A DNA stretch of 64,000 bases from the IMG/VR virus record IMGVR_UViG_3300049215_000686, positions 1-64,000 of that record. One strand, given 5' to 3'. This document shows, in pieces, positions 9,323-19,232 of this stretch (position 1 is its first letter; every line of letters begins with the position of its first letter). The position numbers were made by a program, and so were the translations under genes. The notes under the pieces are model-generated. The model did no database searches, had not been told where the DNA came from, and saw only the letters and a list, made by a program, of their open reading frames with translations. The stretch comes from a virus.

Positions 9323-11992
9323 TTAAAACCCCATATTCGAACCGGTGATTCCTGAAGGAAGAGAAATGGGTAACGTTCCGGGAGAAGGAAGACTTGGCGC
9401 AGAAGGGGCTGCCTGAATCGTAAATGGCGACATAATGCCAGCCTTGGATGAGGGCATAGCAGATGCTCCCGCTAAAAACTCCCGAGTCACTCCTCGGATT
9501 TTGGTCACGAGTTCATTTAAAGAGCGATTAATGAGTTCCAGGTTGCTTCCAAGCGTGGTGACGCCACTTGTGATCTGGGCGACATTAATTCCAGCAAGGG
9601 CCTGGGTCTCTTGCGCTCCTGGGAGTCCTGCTCCTGGAATTTGAGTTCCAATTGCCGGTCGTGGTCCAATAAAACTGCCTGCGATCGTTCCCGTCTTTAG
9701 AAGGTCTAAAGAGCGAAAGGCTTCGACATCCGTTTTTGCACCAGCGAGATTCGCCGCTGCCAAACCGGCACCTTGCCCCACAAGACCCAGCATTCTTTGT
9801 TCGGCTTTAAGAACATTTTGCTGAGACTCTCTGGCAAGTTCTTGGGCTCTTTCAGCGGAAATATTCACGCCTTGCCGTCTACCCAACTGCTGGATGGCCT
9901 CTGGAGAGATTGCGCCACCACCAAACTGCTGAATAATCAATTCTTCCTGAAGCCCGGTTTTAATTCCCGATCTTCTCAGCATTTCTTGAGTTGCGTGGGT
10001 CGCAGAGAATCCTGCGGCACCCATAAGTCCAGAGCCCGCTGATGGCGCCTGCAAGAAGCCTCTCATGGCTCTTTGCGAAAATTCCATCTGGGCTTCAGTG
10101 ACTTGCCCGCCTTGTGAAACACCAAAAGTAGCGGCAGCCGTGGCCGCCGAACGTTCCGCCTCAAGCCGCGCAGGCCCAAGAGCCCCGAGCCCCTGAGCGG
10201 CTTGCTGCATCACGGTCAGCATCGAGCGATTCACGGCTGCTTTGTCCACGCCGGCTGCTATCATTTCGGTCACAAGTTCTTTGACCGTTTCAAATCCTTC
10301 TCTCATTCCCTCTCGGGTTTGAGGGGCGCCTCTTGCGAATCCGACAGCCATTTGTGGGGCGCCTTGAACACCAAAGGCTTGAAGATTCAAGATATCGGCA
10401 ACGTTTTGCTGCATTCCCTGAAGTTGAGTTTCACCGTTAAAAATACGGCCCATGCCGCCGATCTGGCGCATGGTTGCCTGGACTTGTTCAGGCATGAGCC
10501 CAATTTGTTGTCCAAACTGTAAAAGCCCCATTCGCTGACCATCTGGTCCAGTTACGGAAGATTGCTCGGCCAATCGAGACTGCGTTAAAAGATCCTCTAA
10601 ATTGCGTTGCATGTCTGGGCTTAAAGTTCCGCCACTTAAAAGAACGGGCAAGGCTTCTCGTTGAGCGTTTTCAAGGTTTCGTCGGGCAAGTTCGGGGTCT
10701 CTTGCTCCTGAAAACAAAAACTCAGAGAGTTCTCGTCCACCAAGTTCTTGGCCGCCTTGAAAAGATTGAAGAGCAAAACTTCGGGTCATTTGCCCCATTT
10801 GAAGGATCTCGAACTGACGCATTCGTTCGGCTTCAGTTCTGCCTTGAACGTTTTGGGCAACATTTGCATCAAACCCAGCCGCTCCTCGAATTCCGGTCGT
10901 TAAAGCCGCAAGTCCAGCGCCTCCAGCGAGCAAAGCGGGGATACCCGTTAGTCCACCCGTTAAAGGAGCCAAAACCAGCCCTAACCCCGCAACGATCTCA
11001 CCCGCGATAATGGCGCCTTCTTCTTTTGTGGCCTGAAGACGCATAGCGTCTTGGCCGCCTAATCGCTGTTGAACGATAGATCCCTCAATGTCTCCTCGCA
11101 TTAATGCTCGGCCTGAGAGATTTGAAAGTTCGGCTCCTGCCGCAGCAGAACGGCGCTCAATACCGGGGAGTTCGCCTAAGAGACTAAGACCTGTTCCAAC
11201 GGCTCCCAGTGCGCCAGAAATGCGCTGCCCCAGACCAGTTGCCGTGCGCTGGCCCATGGCTTCACTTACGGTTCTTAATGCCGTTTGCTGGGCTTCAGCG
11301 GCTTGACCCATTTGCTTTGATTGAGAAAGAAGATCACGCTCAGCCTGGGTCAGATTGACATTAGACTCAGAAACGCCTTCTAATTTTTGAGAAAGTTCAG
11401 CAGCCTTTTGGACCAAAGAACCGAGGTTTTCGCGGATTTGCTCTTGGGCTTCTCTGAGTCTTTCTTTTTGAAGATCCCCAAGTTCAGTGGTTACTCCTGC
11501 TTGCCGGGCGGCGACAATTGCTCTAGCCTCTTGAACGACTGGATTAATATCTCTTAAGTTTTGGGTCTCAGGAACGACAAATCCCCCTCGGATTCTGTCT
11601 AAAGGATTTTGCGATGGACCTTGAGAAGGCAGGGGAGGTTGAGGAGGAATAATCGCGCCTCCACCCATCATTCCGATTTGAGGCTGAGGGAAAGCATTCG
11701 GGGCGATCTCAGGGGCTCCTGCGCGCGAGCCCGTAAGAGGTCTTCCGGTTTCATCCAGCAAGATGCCAGGACCGAAATTGGATCCTCGGTTTTGGCCGGT
11801 CAGTTCGATGGCCCCCTGAAGTCCTGAACGAACGCCAGAAACGATTGTGGCCGCAATTCTTTGCCCTAAACCCTCAAATGCATCCTCGATCGCACGCGCC
11901 ATGGTCGAAGCCATTTGAGAGGCTTGAGACTGGATATTCCCCTGGTCGAGTTGGGCGACAAGATTTAAGGCAATTTGCTGAGCATTTGGCAT
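9323..11992 (-). CDS. Tail tape measure protein
   Basis: 889 aa, rich in Ala/Gly/Gln, helical, with a hydrophobic segment; downstream of two chaperone-sized ORFs. Confidence 0.75.
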   Translation of the reverse strand: MPNAQQIALNLVAQLDQGNIQSQASQMASTMARAIEDAFEGLGQRIAATIVSGVRSGLQGAIELTGQNRGSNFGPGILLDETGRPLTGSRAGAPEIAPNAFPQPQIGMMGGGAIIPPQPPLPSQGPSQNPLDRIRGGFVVPETQNLRDINPVVQEARAIVAARQAGVTTELGDLQKERLREAQEQIRENLGSLVQKAAELSQKLEGVSESNVNLTQAERDLLSQSKQMGQAAEAQQTALRTVSEAMGQRTATGLGQRISGALGAVGTGLSLLGELPGIERRSAAAGAELSNLSGRALMRGDIEGSIVQQRLGGQDAMRLQATKEEGAIIAGEIVAGLGLVLAPLTGGLTGIPALLAGGAGLAALTTGIRGAAGFDANVAQNVQGRTEAERMRQFEILQMGQMTRSFALQSFQGGQELGGRELSEFLFSGARDPELARRNLENAQREALPVLLSGGTLSPDMQRNLEDLLTQSRLAEQSSVTGPDGQRMGLLQFGQQIGLMPEQVQATMRQIGGMGRIFNGETQLQGMQQNVADILNLQAFGVQGAPQMAVGFARGAPQTREGMREGFETVKELVTEMIAAGVDKAAVNRSMLTVMQQAAQGLGALGPARLEAERSAATAAATFGVSQGGQVTEAQMEFSQRAMRGFLQAPSAGSGLMGAAGFSATHATQEMLRRSGIKTGLQEELIIQQFGGGAISPEAIQQLGRRQGVNISAERAQELARESQQNVLKAEQRMLGLVGQGAGLAAANLAGAKTDVEAFRSLDLLKTGTIAGSFIGPRPAIGTQIPGAGLPGAQETQALAGINVAQITSGVTTLGSNLELINRSLNELVTKIRGVTREFLAGASAMPSSKAGIMSPFTIQAAPSAPSLPSPGTLPISLPSGITGSNMGF

Positions 11993-12060
11993 AAAGATAA
12001 ACTTTGATTGATCGCGTCAAATTGGCGACAAAGAGATCCTAGAACTTAGGTCTTTCTCTA

Positions 12061-12480
12061 TTATTCCTCAAATTTGGTGGATATTTCGGGGAGATCAGGA
12101 ATCGATGGCGGATTGGTAGGTTTTTGTTTTTTCTGACGTTTTTTGGTTGGGCGAGTAGGTGAGGACGGTTTGGACGGTTTGGGGATGGATTGATGCGATT
12201 TGATTTGAGCAAGAGCCCATTCTTGATCCTCTTTTTCGCGCCTTTCTTTTTCTTTCTTGGCGGCTGGATCGTTTTCTGGGTTCATATAGAACCACATCAA
12301 ATACTCATAAACCAACTCATCCAAATTATAAGACTCGATCAGGGGATCCTTAAAAGGTCTCGTGTATTTGATACACCACCAAATCTTAAGTTGGCGGAAA
12401 AGGTCTTCTTCGCTTGCGGTCGGATCAATCGATTGATGGGCCTGGGCGATCCGATCGATTTCTTTCCAATTAACTGCCAT
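12061..12480 (-). CDS. Tail assembly chaperone (second)
   Basis: WWCIKY..PFKDP motif; directly upstream of the tape measure gene. Confidence 0.55.
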   Translation of the reverse strand: MAVNWKEIDRIAQAHQSIDPTASEEDLFRQLKIWWCIKYTRPFKDPLIESYNLDELVYEYLMWFYMNPENDPAAKKEKERREKEDQEWALAQIKSHQSIPKPSKPSSPTRPTKKRQKKQKPTNPPSIPDLPEISTKFEE

Positions 12481-12481
12481 T

Positions 12482-12901
12482 TTATTCCGCTACGGCTTCT
12501 TCTTTTTTGGCTCTCTTGGCAGGCATCTTTTCAGCCGTTTTTTCGGCCTGATCCGCCTTTTCTTTCAATCGATCTGACCAAACCTTTTCGGCTTCCATCG
12601 CTTTATTAAAAATTTCATGAACGATATTAGCATCGAAAAGTGCCCAACCATGATTGTTTTCAGTCCACCAGGTCGGAGCCTTTTTGATTCTCAGTTCAAG
12701 TTCAGCCATAATCCGATTAAAGAGTTTAAATTGTTCCGGCAAAGTCCGTGATCCAGCATTGTATCGATCCGTTCGAATGGCCACTTCCATTTGCTCCAGG
12801 TTATTTAAAACACACGCGACCGTGAACGATCCTTCATACCAGTCACCGCTCTTTTCGCCTTTGCTTTTAAAGTGAAAAATGTATTCGTTATTAGGGAGCA
12901 T
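12482..12901 (-). CDS. Tail assembly chaperone
   Basis: YEGSFTV..KAPTWW pattern; synteny. Confidence 0.6.
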   Translation of the reverse strand: MLPNNEYIFHFKSKGEKSGDWYEGSFTVACVLNNLEQMEVAIRTDRYNAGSRTLPEQFKLFNRIMAELELRIKKAPTWWTENNHGWALFDANIVHEIFNKAMEAEKVWSDRLKEKADQAEKTAEKMPAKRAKKEEAVAE

Positions 12902-13121
12902 TTTCGGTTCCTTTGGGGATGAAAAAGAACTCAGCGATTACGAAATCGCTAAAGATCCTGTTTTTAACTTCTTCGATTTTAAACGGGAGATCGGATTCGG
13001 ATTGAATCCTATTCTTACAAATATCACAGGTTTTGTAGGTGATTGCGGATCGGTGTTTGGAGCAGGGGCAAAATCTCAAAATATCCCCGCATTTTGAGCA
13101 CTCAACCGTTCCGTGGCTCAT
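12891..13121 (-). CDS. Small Cys-rich (zinc-finger-like) protein
   Basis: CxxC, CxC and CxxC motifs; overlapping start/stop coupling. Confidence 0.5.
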   Translation of the reverse strand: MSHGTVECSKCGDILRFCPCSKHRSAITYKTCDICKNRIQSESDLPFKIEEVKNRIFSDFVIAEFFFIPKGTENAP

Positions 13122-13360
13122 GGTTCCCGAGACTCATCTTTTTGGATTTTCTCGAAAATATAGGTTCCATCTGAGATTTGATCAAATACGGCGTCGGGGG
13201 CTCGGTAAACCCGGTCGTATTTAAGAACTTCGACACAATACCAACCATTTTCCTCAAACGGCAGGAACCCATATGCCCGCGCCATGCTCAAATAATAGCG
13301 AACATTCCGGTGATCAGGACGACACATGCGAACGACCATTTCATCTCCCTTGGTCACCAA
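13118..13360 (-). CDS. Hypothetical protein
   Basis: ATGA-type coupling to neighbours. Confidence 0.45.
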   Translation of the reverse strand: MVTKGDEMVVRMCRPDHRNVRYYLSMARAYGFLPFEENGWYCVEVLKYDRVYRAPDAVFDQISDGTYIFEKIQKDESREP

Positions 13361-13547
13361 TCGTCGTCGTCATGATCAGTGGGAGTCAGCCAGATAATGC
13401 TCAGCATTATGATACTTCCAAGAACCACCAACAATGCGAATCCGGATTGATCATCCATGGAATTATTATACCTTTTTGCTGAAATCCCTTGATTGATCGA
13501 AATGGTGTGATAAAAAGAGAAAAATACATCTTTGGGGGATCTCATTC

Positions 13548-13775
13548 ATGGAAGCCGACTATAAACTTCTTAAGAATAAACTTGCTTTTATGAGAGAAGA
13601 TGCCGAACAAACCTTGCGCGGAAATTATCCCGACTCAAATTGGCAACAAATAGCGGAAATTCACGCGAATCAGATGATTTGGCTGATCAATACAGCCCTG
13701 AGCCTTTTACCCGACCCTAAACCCAAACTGAAACTGGTCAAACCCAATAAAACTCCGCCTTCGAGCCTTTTATGA
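13548..13775 (+). CDS. Hypothetical protein
   Basis: First of a coupled plus-strand run. Confidence 0.5.
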   Translation: MEADYKLLKNKLAFMREDAEQTLRGNYPDSNWQQIAEIHANQMIWLINTALSLLPDPKPKLKLVKPNKTPPSSLL

Positions 13776-13981
13776 GTTATTGGGGATTACTCCTCTGGAT
13801 CGCCGGTCTTCATGTCATCGAGTTCGCCGGAATCTTAATCTACCTAGACTGCAAGTTAGTGAATCCTCTTCATCGAAGAACACTTAAAAACACGAGCGAT
13901 CATTTGATCATGATGCGAACGATTAATCGTTTGATCGATTATGTCGGCAATCCAAAGGCAAAACCGAAGCCGAACAAATGA
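13772..13981 (+). CDS. Small membrane protein
   Basis: Hydrophobic N-terminus; ATGA overlap. Confidence 0.45.
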   Translation: MSYWGLLLWIAGLHVIEFAGILIYLDCKLVNPLHRRTLKNTSDHLIMMRTINRLIDYVGNPKAKPKPNK

Positions 13982-14124
13982 GTGCCGCGAATTGGAGTTG
14001 GGTCAGGCCGATAATCATTTGTTCTACGATCCGGGCTTCTCAAAATAAGGTCAAGCCGCGAATTGACAAATCCTCCAACGGCTCTTACAGTTTTTAGAAT
14101 CGAAAACGATTTTTCTGGGGGAGA

Positions 14125-14331
14125 GTGATGATTTGCGAAAGTTGCGGAAAGCCGCTTCGAGACGGCATCCTTTTAAGGCCGATTCCTTGTCTTTGTGAAA
14201 CCGAAGAATCCGAAGAAAAACCAGAAGGAAAATTCCGGAAACTCGCCCAGATCTTTTTGGGGATGGCAATCGGATATTTGGCAATGGGCGCAGTACATCA
14301 TTTATATCAGACAATTTGGGGGAGCATATGA
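14125..14331 (+). CDS. Small Cys-containing membrane protein
   Basis: CxxC..CxC and a C-terminal TM segment; RBS GGGGAG. Confidence 0.5.
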   Translation: MMICESCGKPLRDGILLRPIPCLCETEESEEKPEGKFRKLAQIFLGMAIGYLAMGAVHHLYQTIWGSI

Positions 14332-14741
14332 GCGGATTGGTGATTAGCCGAAGATCTTGGCATTATCGTTGGATTTCTTTTTGGGGTTACGGCACTCCCC
14401 GAAGTCTGTGCGAATATTTCTGGACCTTTATGGCCGCTTGCTTTTTTGGAATTATCTCGACTTTGCTTGTTTCTGTCGTCATTTTTTCTATTCCTGTTGA
14501 ACTTTGGTCCTGGCTACATAACGGGAGTTCAAAAGCAAAAGAAATGTTTTTGTTAGAAACAGGTGTTTTGGGAATCCTAGTTGGCTTCGGTCTTATTGCT
14601 ATTTTATGGAATCAATTGAGAGAATGGTTAAATCAATTAAAACATCAGCCCCCATCAAAAAGTTTAAGCGCGATTCAGGTCGTTGTAAAATCAGCAGCAG
14701 CATTCAAAGAAAAAATCTGCCCCCTAATCCGATACGAGTGA
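14328..14741 (+). CDS. Membrane protein (2 TM)
   Basis: RRSWHYR..SLCEYFW..KEKICP pattern common in phage membrane proteins. Confidence 0.6.
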   Translation: MSGLVISRRSWHYRWISFWGYGTPRSLCEYFWTFMAACFFGIISTLLVSVVIFSIPVELWSWLHNGSSKAKEMFLLETGVLGILVGFGLIAILWNQLREWLNQLKHQPPSKSLSAIQVVVKSAAAFKEKICPLIRYE

Positions 14742-14753
14742 ACAGTCTCGTCA

Positions 14754-14984
14754 ATGAAAAAAGCCCAAGTCACCTTCGATTTGATGGTTCTAACGAGACT
14801 TCTCACCGAGGATTCAGCGTTTCGAGTGGTTCGGAGGATCCCTCCCAATGCCGTAATCGAGGGGTTCAACGTTATTGGCCAGACCATTATGTTCCAAATT
14901 TCGTATGATTCTTTTGAGGACGATTCACAACCCGAAGAATACGAAATCGTATTGAATGAATATCGCAGTGGATCAGGATCTTGA
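14754..14984 (+). CDS. Hypothetical protein
   Basis: ORF within the coupled run. Confidence 0.5.
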   Translation: MKKAQVTFDLMVLTRLLTEDSAFRVVRRIPPNAVIEGFNVIGQTIMFQISYDSFEDDSQPEEYEIVLNEYRSGSGS

Positions 14985-15178
14985 TGGGGATACATGGTGA
15001 AATAGCAGAAGAAATGACCGAAGAATCCTATAAAGAAGGATTTTTTCATGGCATGTTTTGGTTTGTCACGGTTCCTGTTTTGGGCTCTCTTGTCATGATC
15101 GAAAAAATAAACACATTCTTCTTGCGAAAAAAATGGAAAAAAGAAAAACAAGAAAGAAAAAGATCTCACTCAGGCTGA
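14981..15178 (+). CDS. Small membrane protein
   Basis: TM segment followed by a basic tail. Confidence 0.4.
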   Translation: MMGIHGEIAEEMTEESYKEGFFHGMFWFVTVPVLGSLVMIEKINTFFLRKKWKKEKQERKRSHSG

Positions 15179-15179
15179 A

Positions 15180-15287
15180 ATGGCGAAACGCGTTAAACTT
15201 CGCCCCAAAAACTTCAAATCACTTTCCGCACAAGAACAATGGGCCATCGATAAAAAACTAGGGATCTTGGACTGGGATGGCAAATAA
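15180..15287 (+). CDS. 35-aa peptide MAKRVKLRPKNFKSLSAQEQWAIDKKLGILDWDGK (below the ORF-track cutoff)
   Basis: Starts 1 nt after the previous stop; translated by hand. Confidence 0.5.
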   Translation: MAKRVKLRPKNFKSLSAQEQWAIDKKLGILDWDGK

Positions 15288-15295
15288 GAATTGCG

Positions 15296-15324
15296 TTGAC
15301 AATCAACGTCAAATGATCTAAATT
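15296..15324 (+). promoter_or_regulatory. Sigma70-type promoter
   Basis: TTGACA-17 nt-TAAATT. Confidence 0.7.
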
Positions 15325-15330
15325 GCGGCT

Positions 15331-15470
15331 CAGGTCAGGGATCGCCCGCGAGCCGCGCCTCAAATGAGGTATCGTAAAGATCCCGCGAAAGACTGATTCA
15401 TGAATTAACCAATCAGCCTTAACGTTTCGGCAAAGCGGCTACCGAAGAAAAGTTAAGGCATGAAAGGTAA
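15331..15470 (+). ncRNA. Structured 5' leader RNA with a potential pseudoknot
   Basis: Five stems plus AGCCGC/GCGGCT loop-loop complementarity. Confidence 0.5.
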
Positions 15471-15475
15471 ATCCA

Positions 15476-16183
15476 ATGTCCCCCGATAAAGAACTCGCCC
15501 GCCAAATCCAAGAACGTCTAAAGAACTTAGGCCACGAAATCCCGCTCGGCCACTGCTATGAAATCCTGGCCCAACTCCAAGGATTTTCTTCCTGGAACGA
15601 AGCCAAACCCAAAGCCTCAGAGTTTAATCAACCCGATCCCCAATTCACCCCAAGTCTCAACAAAGAAGGCGAATACCAAGTTCGCTACCACACTTCAAAC
15701 GGAACGCCGCGTCAGTTCAAAGAAGAAACCACCGTTACGTTTAACGTCAATATCACCGGATCAGGCCACACTCTAGCCGAAGCGGCCCAAGAAGCCGCCC
15801 GCAATTTCCTGGAAGAAGTGGAAGGTTACGGCGATGATTGCCGAACGCTAGAACACAATATCTACGATATCCAAGACCCCATCGAACACGTCCCGCTTGT
15901 AAAACAATATGAAACTGGGATCAAAAAACTCCTCAAGGAAGCAGAATTTCTTTCGAAAATCTCAGGAGGAACGGTCAGTAGCGCGCAACTAAGAAATGCT
16001 TTGATCGGGCGAAAAATGATTAAGAAGGAACTCCCCGAAGGAAAAGAAAAAGAAGCGCTCCTAGAACAGGTCGAAACCCTCATTTCACTTTGGAGATCTT
16101 CGCTCAAAAGACATAACGCACAACCCGAGAAATTCGGGGAGTACGACGTTGAAACCGGGAATCCATTAAACGCTCAAAGATAA
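15476..16183 (+). CDS. Protein with an N-terminal Glyoxalase_8-like helical domain
   Basis: LARQIQERL..GHEIPLGHCYEILAQLQGFSSWN matches the recalled A..L...L....l.h..alE..A...Gf..WN pattern. Confidence 0.6.
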   Translation: MSPDKELARQIQERLKNLGHEIPLGHCYEILAQLQGFSSWNEAKPKASEFNQPDPQFTPSLNKEGEYQVRYHTSNGTPRQFKEETTVTFNVNITGSGHTLAEAAQEAARNFLEEVEGYGDDCRTLEHNIYDIQDPIEHVPLVKQYETGIKKLLKEAEFLSKISGGTVSSAQLRNALIGRKMIKKELPEGKEKEALLEQVETLISLWRSSLKRHNAQPEKFGEYDVETGNPLNAQR

Positions 16184-16270
16184 AAACTCAAGGATCTCAG
16201 GGAAGAGATCTTCAGTTTAATTTTCTGCCCAAAACGGTACTTAAAGTTCTCAAATTGGCGCGGCAATAAA

Positions 16271-17047
16271 CTAGGCAAAGTCCAAAGAGGATTCATCGGG
16301 AGTTTCTTCCAAAGGATCCTTAAGTCCGAAGATCTCTCGCTCCAAAGGCTGGAATTCGACCATCTTGCGGGCCATGTCCATGGTGACCGCGCACTTCAAA
16401 CAATTACACTCTTTGCAGCAAGGCACGCAATTGTCCCAAAGATAATCTTTTGAATTATCAATTCGGTCAATACCGTTGTAGCGGTAATAAGATTTTTTAT
16501 CCGGAGTCCACCTTATGGTTGAGGGAGGACGATTGCAAAAATAGCAATTTCGACTGGTTAGATCCATGAATTCTTCTGTACTTAATCCGAATGAATAACC
16601 TCTTTTGGGCGCACTCTTACGGTAATCGGAATAAAGAAGATTAAAAGCCGGATTGAGTCCATTTTGGGTTTTATGCATTTTGCAGCCGCATGACTTAATC
16701 AGGGGACCGTTTTGACCAAAAAGGCGGGTAAATTTTATTTCTTTCTTTTCCCCGCAATCACACAAACAAAGCCACTTGCCGGGAGTAGAACCATAATCAA
16801 TAACTACGAGATGACCGAATGTCATCCCGATTAGATTTTTGCCGTTACGACAGCCACAAGACCTAGGACTACCAGATCGGAGATCCTTTAAAGCAACATT
16901 GTCAGAGGTCCTCCCACAATCGCATAGACACTTGACCCTTCTATAACTCTTCTGATCGCGCGGCAAAATCGCCGTAATGACAAGGTGCCCAAAACGCTGC
17001 CCGATCAGGTTTTCATCTTTTTGACCGCCATCTTCCGTGAGGCTCAT
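16271..17047 (-). CDS. HNH homing endonuclease with two CxCDCG/SCGC repeats
   Basis: GQRFGHL..CLCDCG..SCGC twice; CYFC..GIDRIDN..NCVPCCKECN. Confidence 0.8.
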   Translation of the reverse strand: MSLTEDGGQKDENLIGQRFGHLVITAILPRDQKSYRRVKCLCDCGRTSDNVALKDLRSGSPRSCGCRNGKNLIGMTFGHLVVIDYGSTPGKWLCLCDCGEKKEIKFTRLFGQNGPLIKSCGCKMHKTQNGLNPAFNLLYSDYRKSAPKRGYSFGLSTEEFMDLTSRNCYFCNRPPSTIRWTPDKKSYYRYNGIDRIDNSKDYLWDNCVPCCKECNCLKCAVTMDMARKMVEFQPLEREIFGLKDPLEETPDESSLDFA

Positions 17048-17142
17048 GTCCTTAAAATACCGTTTTGCTAAAAATCGCCAGAATCCTAACAGGAAGAAGA
17101 TAGGGAATCGACGAAAGTCCGGAAATAAGTAATTCTGGGATT

Positions 17143-17388
17143 ATGGAATCGAGTGAGCGGGCAGATCCACGGTTTTGGCCGGGATGGGAACCCAAAGTCG
17201 GGGATTTTGTGGTGGGTTCAATTTCCATCCATTTTTTTGGAATACTTCAAATCGTGACGTTTACGGACCATGAACTCATCTGTATAAGATTTCATGACAA
17301 TGAGCGTGTTCGTTGTCGGGAACGAGACTGTCGGCTGGCAACCCCAGAAGAAATCGCAAGCGCCGTGGCAGAAAAAATCCGTCGGTAA
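17143..17388 (+). CDS. Hypothetical protein
   Basis: KVGDFV..RLATPEEI is a common small phage-protein pattern. Confidence 0.55.
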   Translation: MESSERADPRFWPGWEPKVGDFVVGSISIHFFGILQIVTFTDHELICIRFHDNERVRCRERDCRLATPEEIASAVAEKIRR

Positions 17389-17702
17389 GCGCACTTAAAG
17401 GTCGCTTACGAAAAACGAAAAAACTCGCCCAAAGCATGGTCGGTAAATGGGTGGTAATAAAAGACCCGTTTGCCAGAACCCGATACAATAGCCCGCCCAT
17501 GTACTGGGTTACCGGCTACGACCGCCACGGTCTGAGAATAAAAGTAAAACCGTTTGGTGAGAATTCAGCGCCCGTGAAGTGGCTTGAGGAAAAGGCGGCT
17601 AAAAGCCTAAATGGCATGAATGAAAAGGTCGTGATGCCAGAGGAGCAAGTGGTTTATTTACTGGGGCAGATCTTTTTGGAAGATAGGAAGAAGGCAAATT
17701 AA
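17313..17702 (+). CDS. Basic hypothetical protein (true start probably further downstream)
   Basis: ORF only. Confidence 0.4.
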   Translation: MSGTRLSAGNPRRNRKRRGRKNPSVSALKGRLRKTKKLAQSMVGKWVVIKDPFARTRYNSPPMYWVTGYDRHGLRIKVKPFGENSAPVKWLEEKAAKSLNGMNEKVVMPEEQVVYLLGQIFLEDRKKAN

Positions 17703-17975
17703 CCGCAAGCCTCAGAAGATCCCTAAAGACGCTCGTTCATGGATAAGAACTCATTCAAAGATTTCTCAATTCGAATGTTCTCTTCCCGGATGAAGGTCTC
17801 CAAACAAGCATAAGAATAAAGAACCGCACCAAATTCTTCTGAAAACTGATGATCTTCAAAAAAAGGCGCTTTTGAATGGCAAACCTTGCAAGATTTCATT
17901 TTCTAATCGTCTCTTAATTGATGATTTAAGTCAATTTAAAACCCACCGCCCCCTTGGGAAAAATTTCAGGCACTT

Positions 17976-18581
17976 TTAAATCGATGCCGGGGGGCTGATT
18001 TCTGCGGGGGATTTAGCATTTCGATAAGAATTCCTGCGAGAAAATGTATCGGTTTGAGAATGACAATTGGGACACAGGAACCGAAGGTTCTCAAGCCGAT
18101 TGTCATTGGGGATTCCGTTTTTATGATCCAATTGAAGGGTCAGCGGGAGCCCCCTATGAAAGGGCTCACAGCCACAAATGGCGCATTGATATGGAATTAG
18201 TTTTAGATCGAAAACCCTTTTCTTTACAACGCCGCGAGCCGTTTCACTATTTTCGCAAAAAATCTCCTCATTTGTCCTTTTCTTCGCCGGGGATGACCGG
18301 AAGTGTGAAATATCGATTTTAAGTTCTTGGGCCTTTTTACGAAGAAACTGGGTATTCTCCGTTCGATAACCCAATTTGCGAAACACTTCTGTAAATCCAA
18401 ATGATTGAGAAATGATTTCTTTTAGTTCAAAGATAGCATTTGGGTCATTCCAGTTTTTCTTCCGATTCGCACATGGAGAATAGCATTGCCAGCAGAGTGA
18501 TCGATAACGCCGTTTTCCATTCCGATACCCATTGGGTGTACAGGAGCGCTGATTACATTTTGGGCAAATCGGTGCGTCCAT
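17976..18581 (-). CDS. HNH endonuclease
   Basis: CAICG..LQLDHKNG..DNRLENLRFLCPNCH. Confidence 0.85.
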   Translation of the reverse strand: MDAPICPKCNQRSCTPNGYRNGKRRYRSLCWQCYSPCANRKKNWNDPNAIFELKEIISQSFGFTEVFRKLGYRTENTQFLRKKAQELKIDISHFRSSPAKKRTNEEIFCENSETARGVVKKRVFDLKLIPYQCAICGCEPFHRGLPLTLQLDHKNGIPNDNRLENLRFLCPNCHSQTDTFSRRNSYRNAKSPAEISPPASI

Positions 18582-18907
18582 ATTTTTAACATACGGATTT
18601 GATAAAAATTACCCGGACTCCGACCCGGAGAGCACGGCGGTGAGATGGGACCCAATGAGGCTCCAGGGCCAAAAACACAATAAAATCAGAATCTTAGACC
18701 CCCACCCCTGGGTGAGATACGCGGGTAGACCCTAAGAGCATGCCGGGGGTATTTTGGTGGGATGTCATATCTGACACTCATTGATATCATTGAGGAATTT
18801 AAACTGTAACGTGGGATAGCACAGCAACTTCAATAGGTTATGCGCAGCGCTTCACAATATAGACCAATTCTGTAACCGAGCGCCCGTCAATGTCAATGAT
18901 ATCAAAA

Positions 18908-18923
18908 TGTTCTACGTGGAACA
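18908..18923. promoter_or_regulatory. parS-like site
   Basis: TGTTCTACGTGGAACA, one mismatch to the palindrome TGTTCCACGTGGAACA. Confidence 0.55.
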
Positions 18924-19130
18924 GTCCCACATTATAAGCCGTCAAAACTCGAATAGCGCAGTAGATTAGCCAGAGGAGTATATCCCGTCTCCAGCCAGCC
19001 TATGCGCACTTAACGACTTCAATTCAACAATAGACGCATTCAGTCAGGATACTGCGCCGCCATTCCCAATCCCATCCCCGGTGCCCTTGGCACCCTTCCA
19101 GGGATGCCCAAGGCAAGCCGAAACCCCTTT

Positions 19131-19232
19131 CCCATCCCATTCCATCCCATTCCATCCCATTCCCGCATAGATCCGCTTAGAGGCGATCCTAGAGCGCATT
19201 GGCTTGTATATCCCCAATATCCCCAATATCCC
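19131..19232 (+). repeat. Short tandem repeats: (C/T)CCAT x6 and TATCCCCAA x2.5
   Basis: cccatcccattccatcccattccatcccat; tatccccaatatccccaatatccc. Confidence 0.8.

Noticed and set aside
12478-12512. Programmed -1 frameshift between the two tail chaperones at CCAAAAAAG
   Set aside because: The downstream ORF is in the +1 frame, and that frame has a TAG between the A run and its ATG
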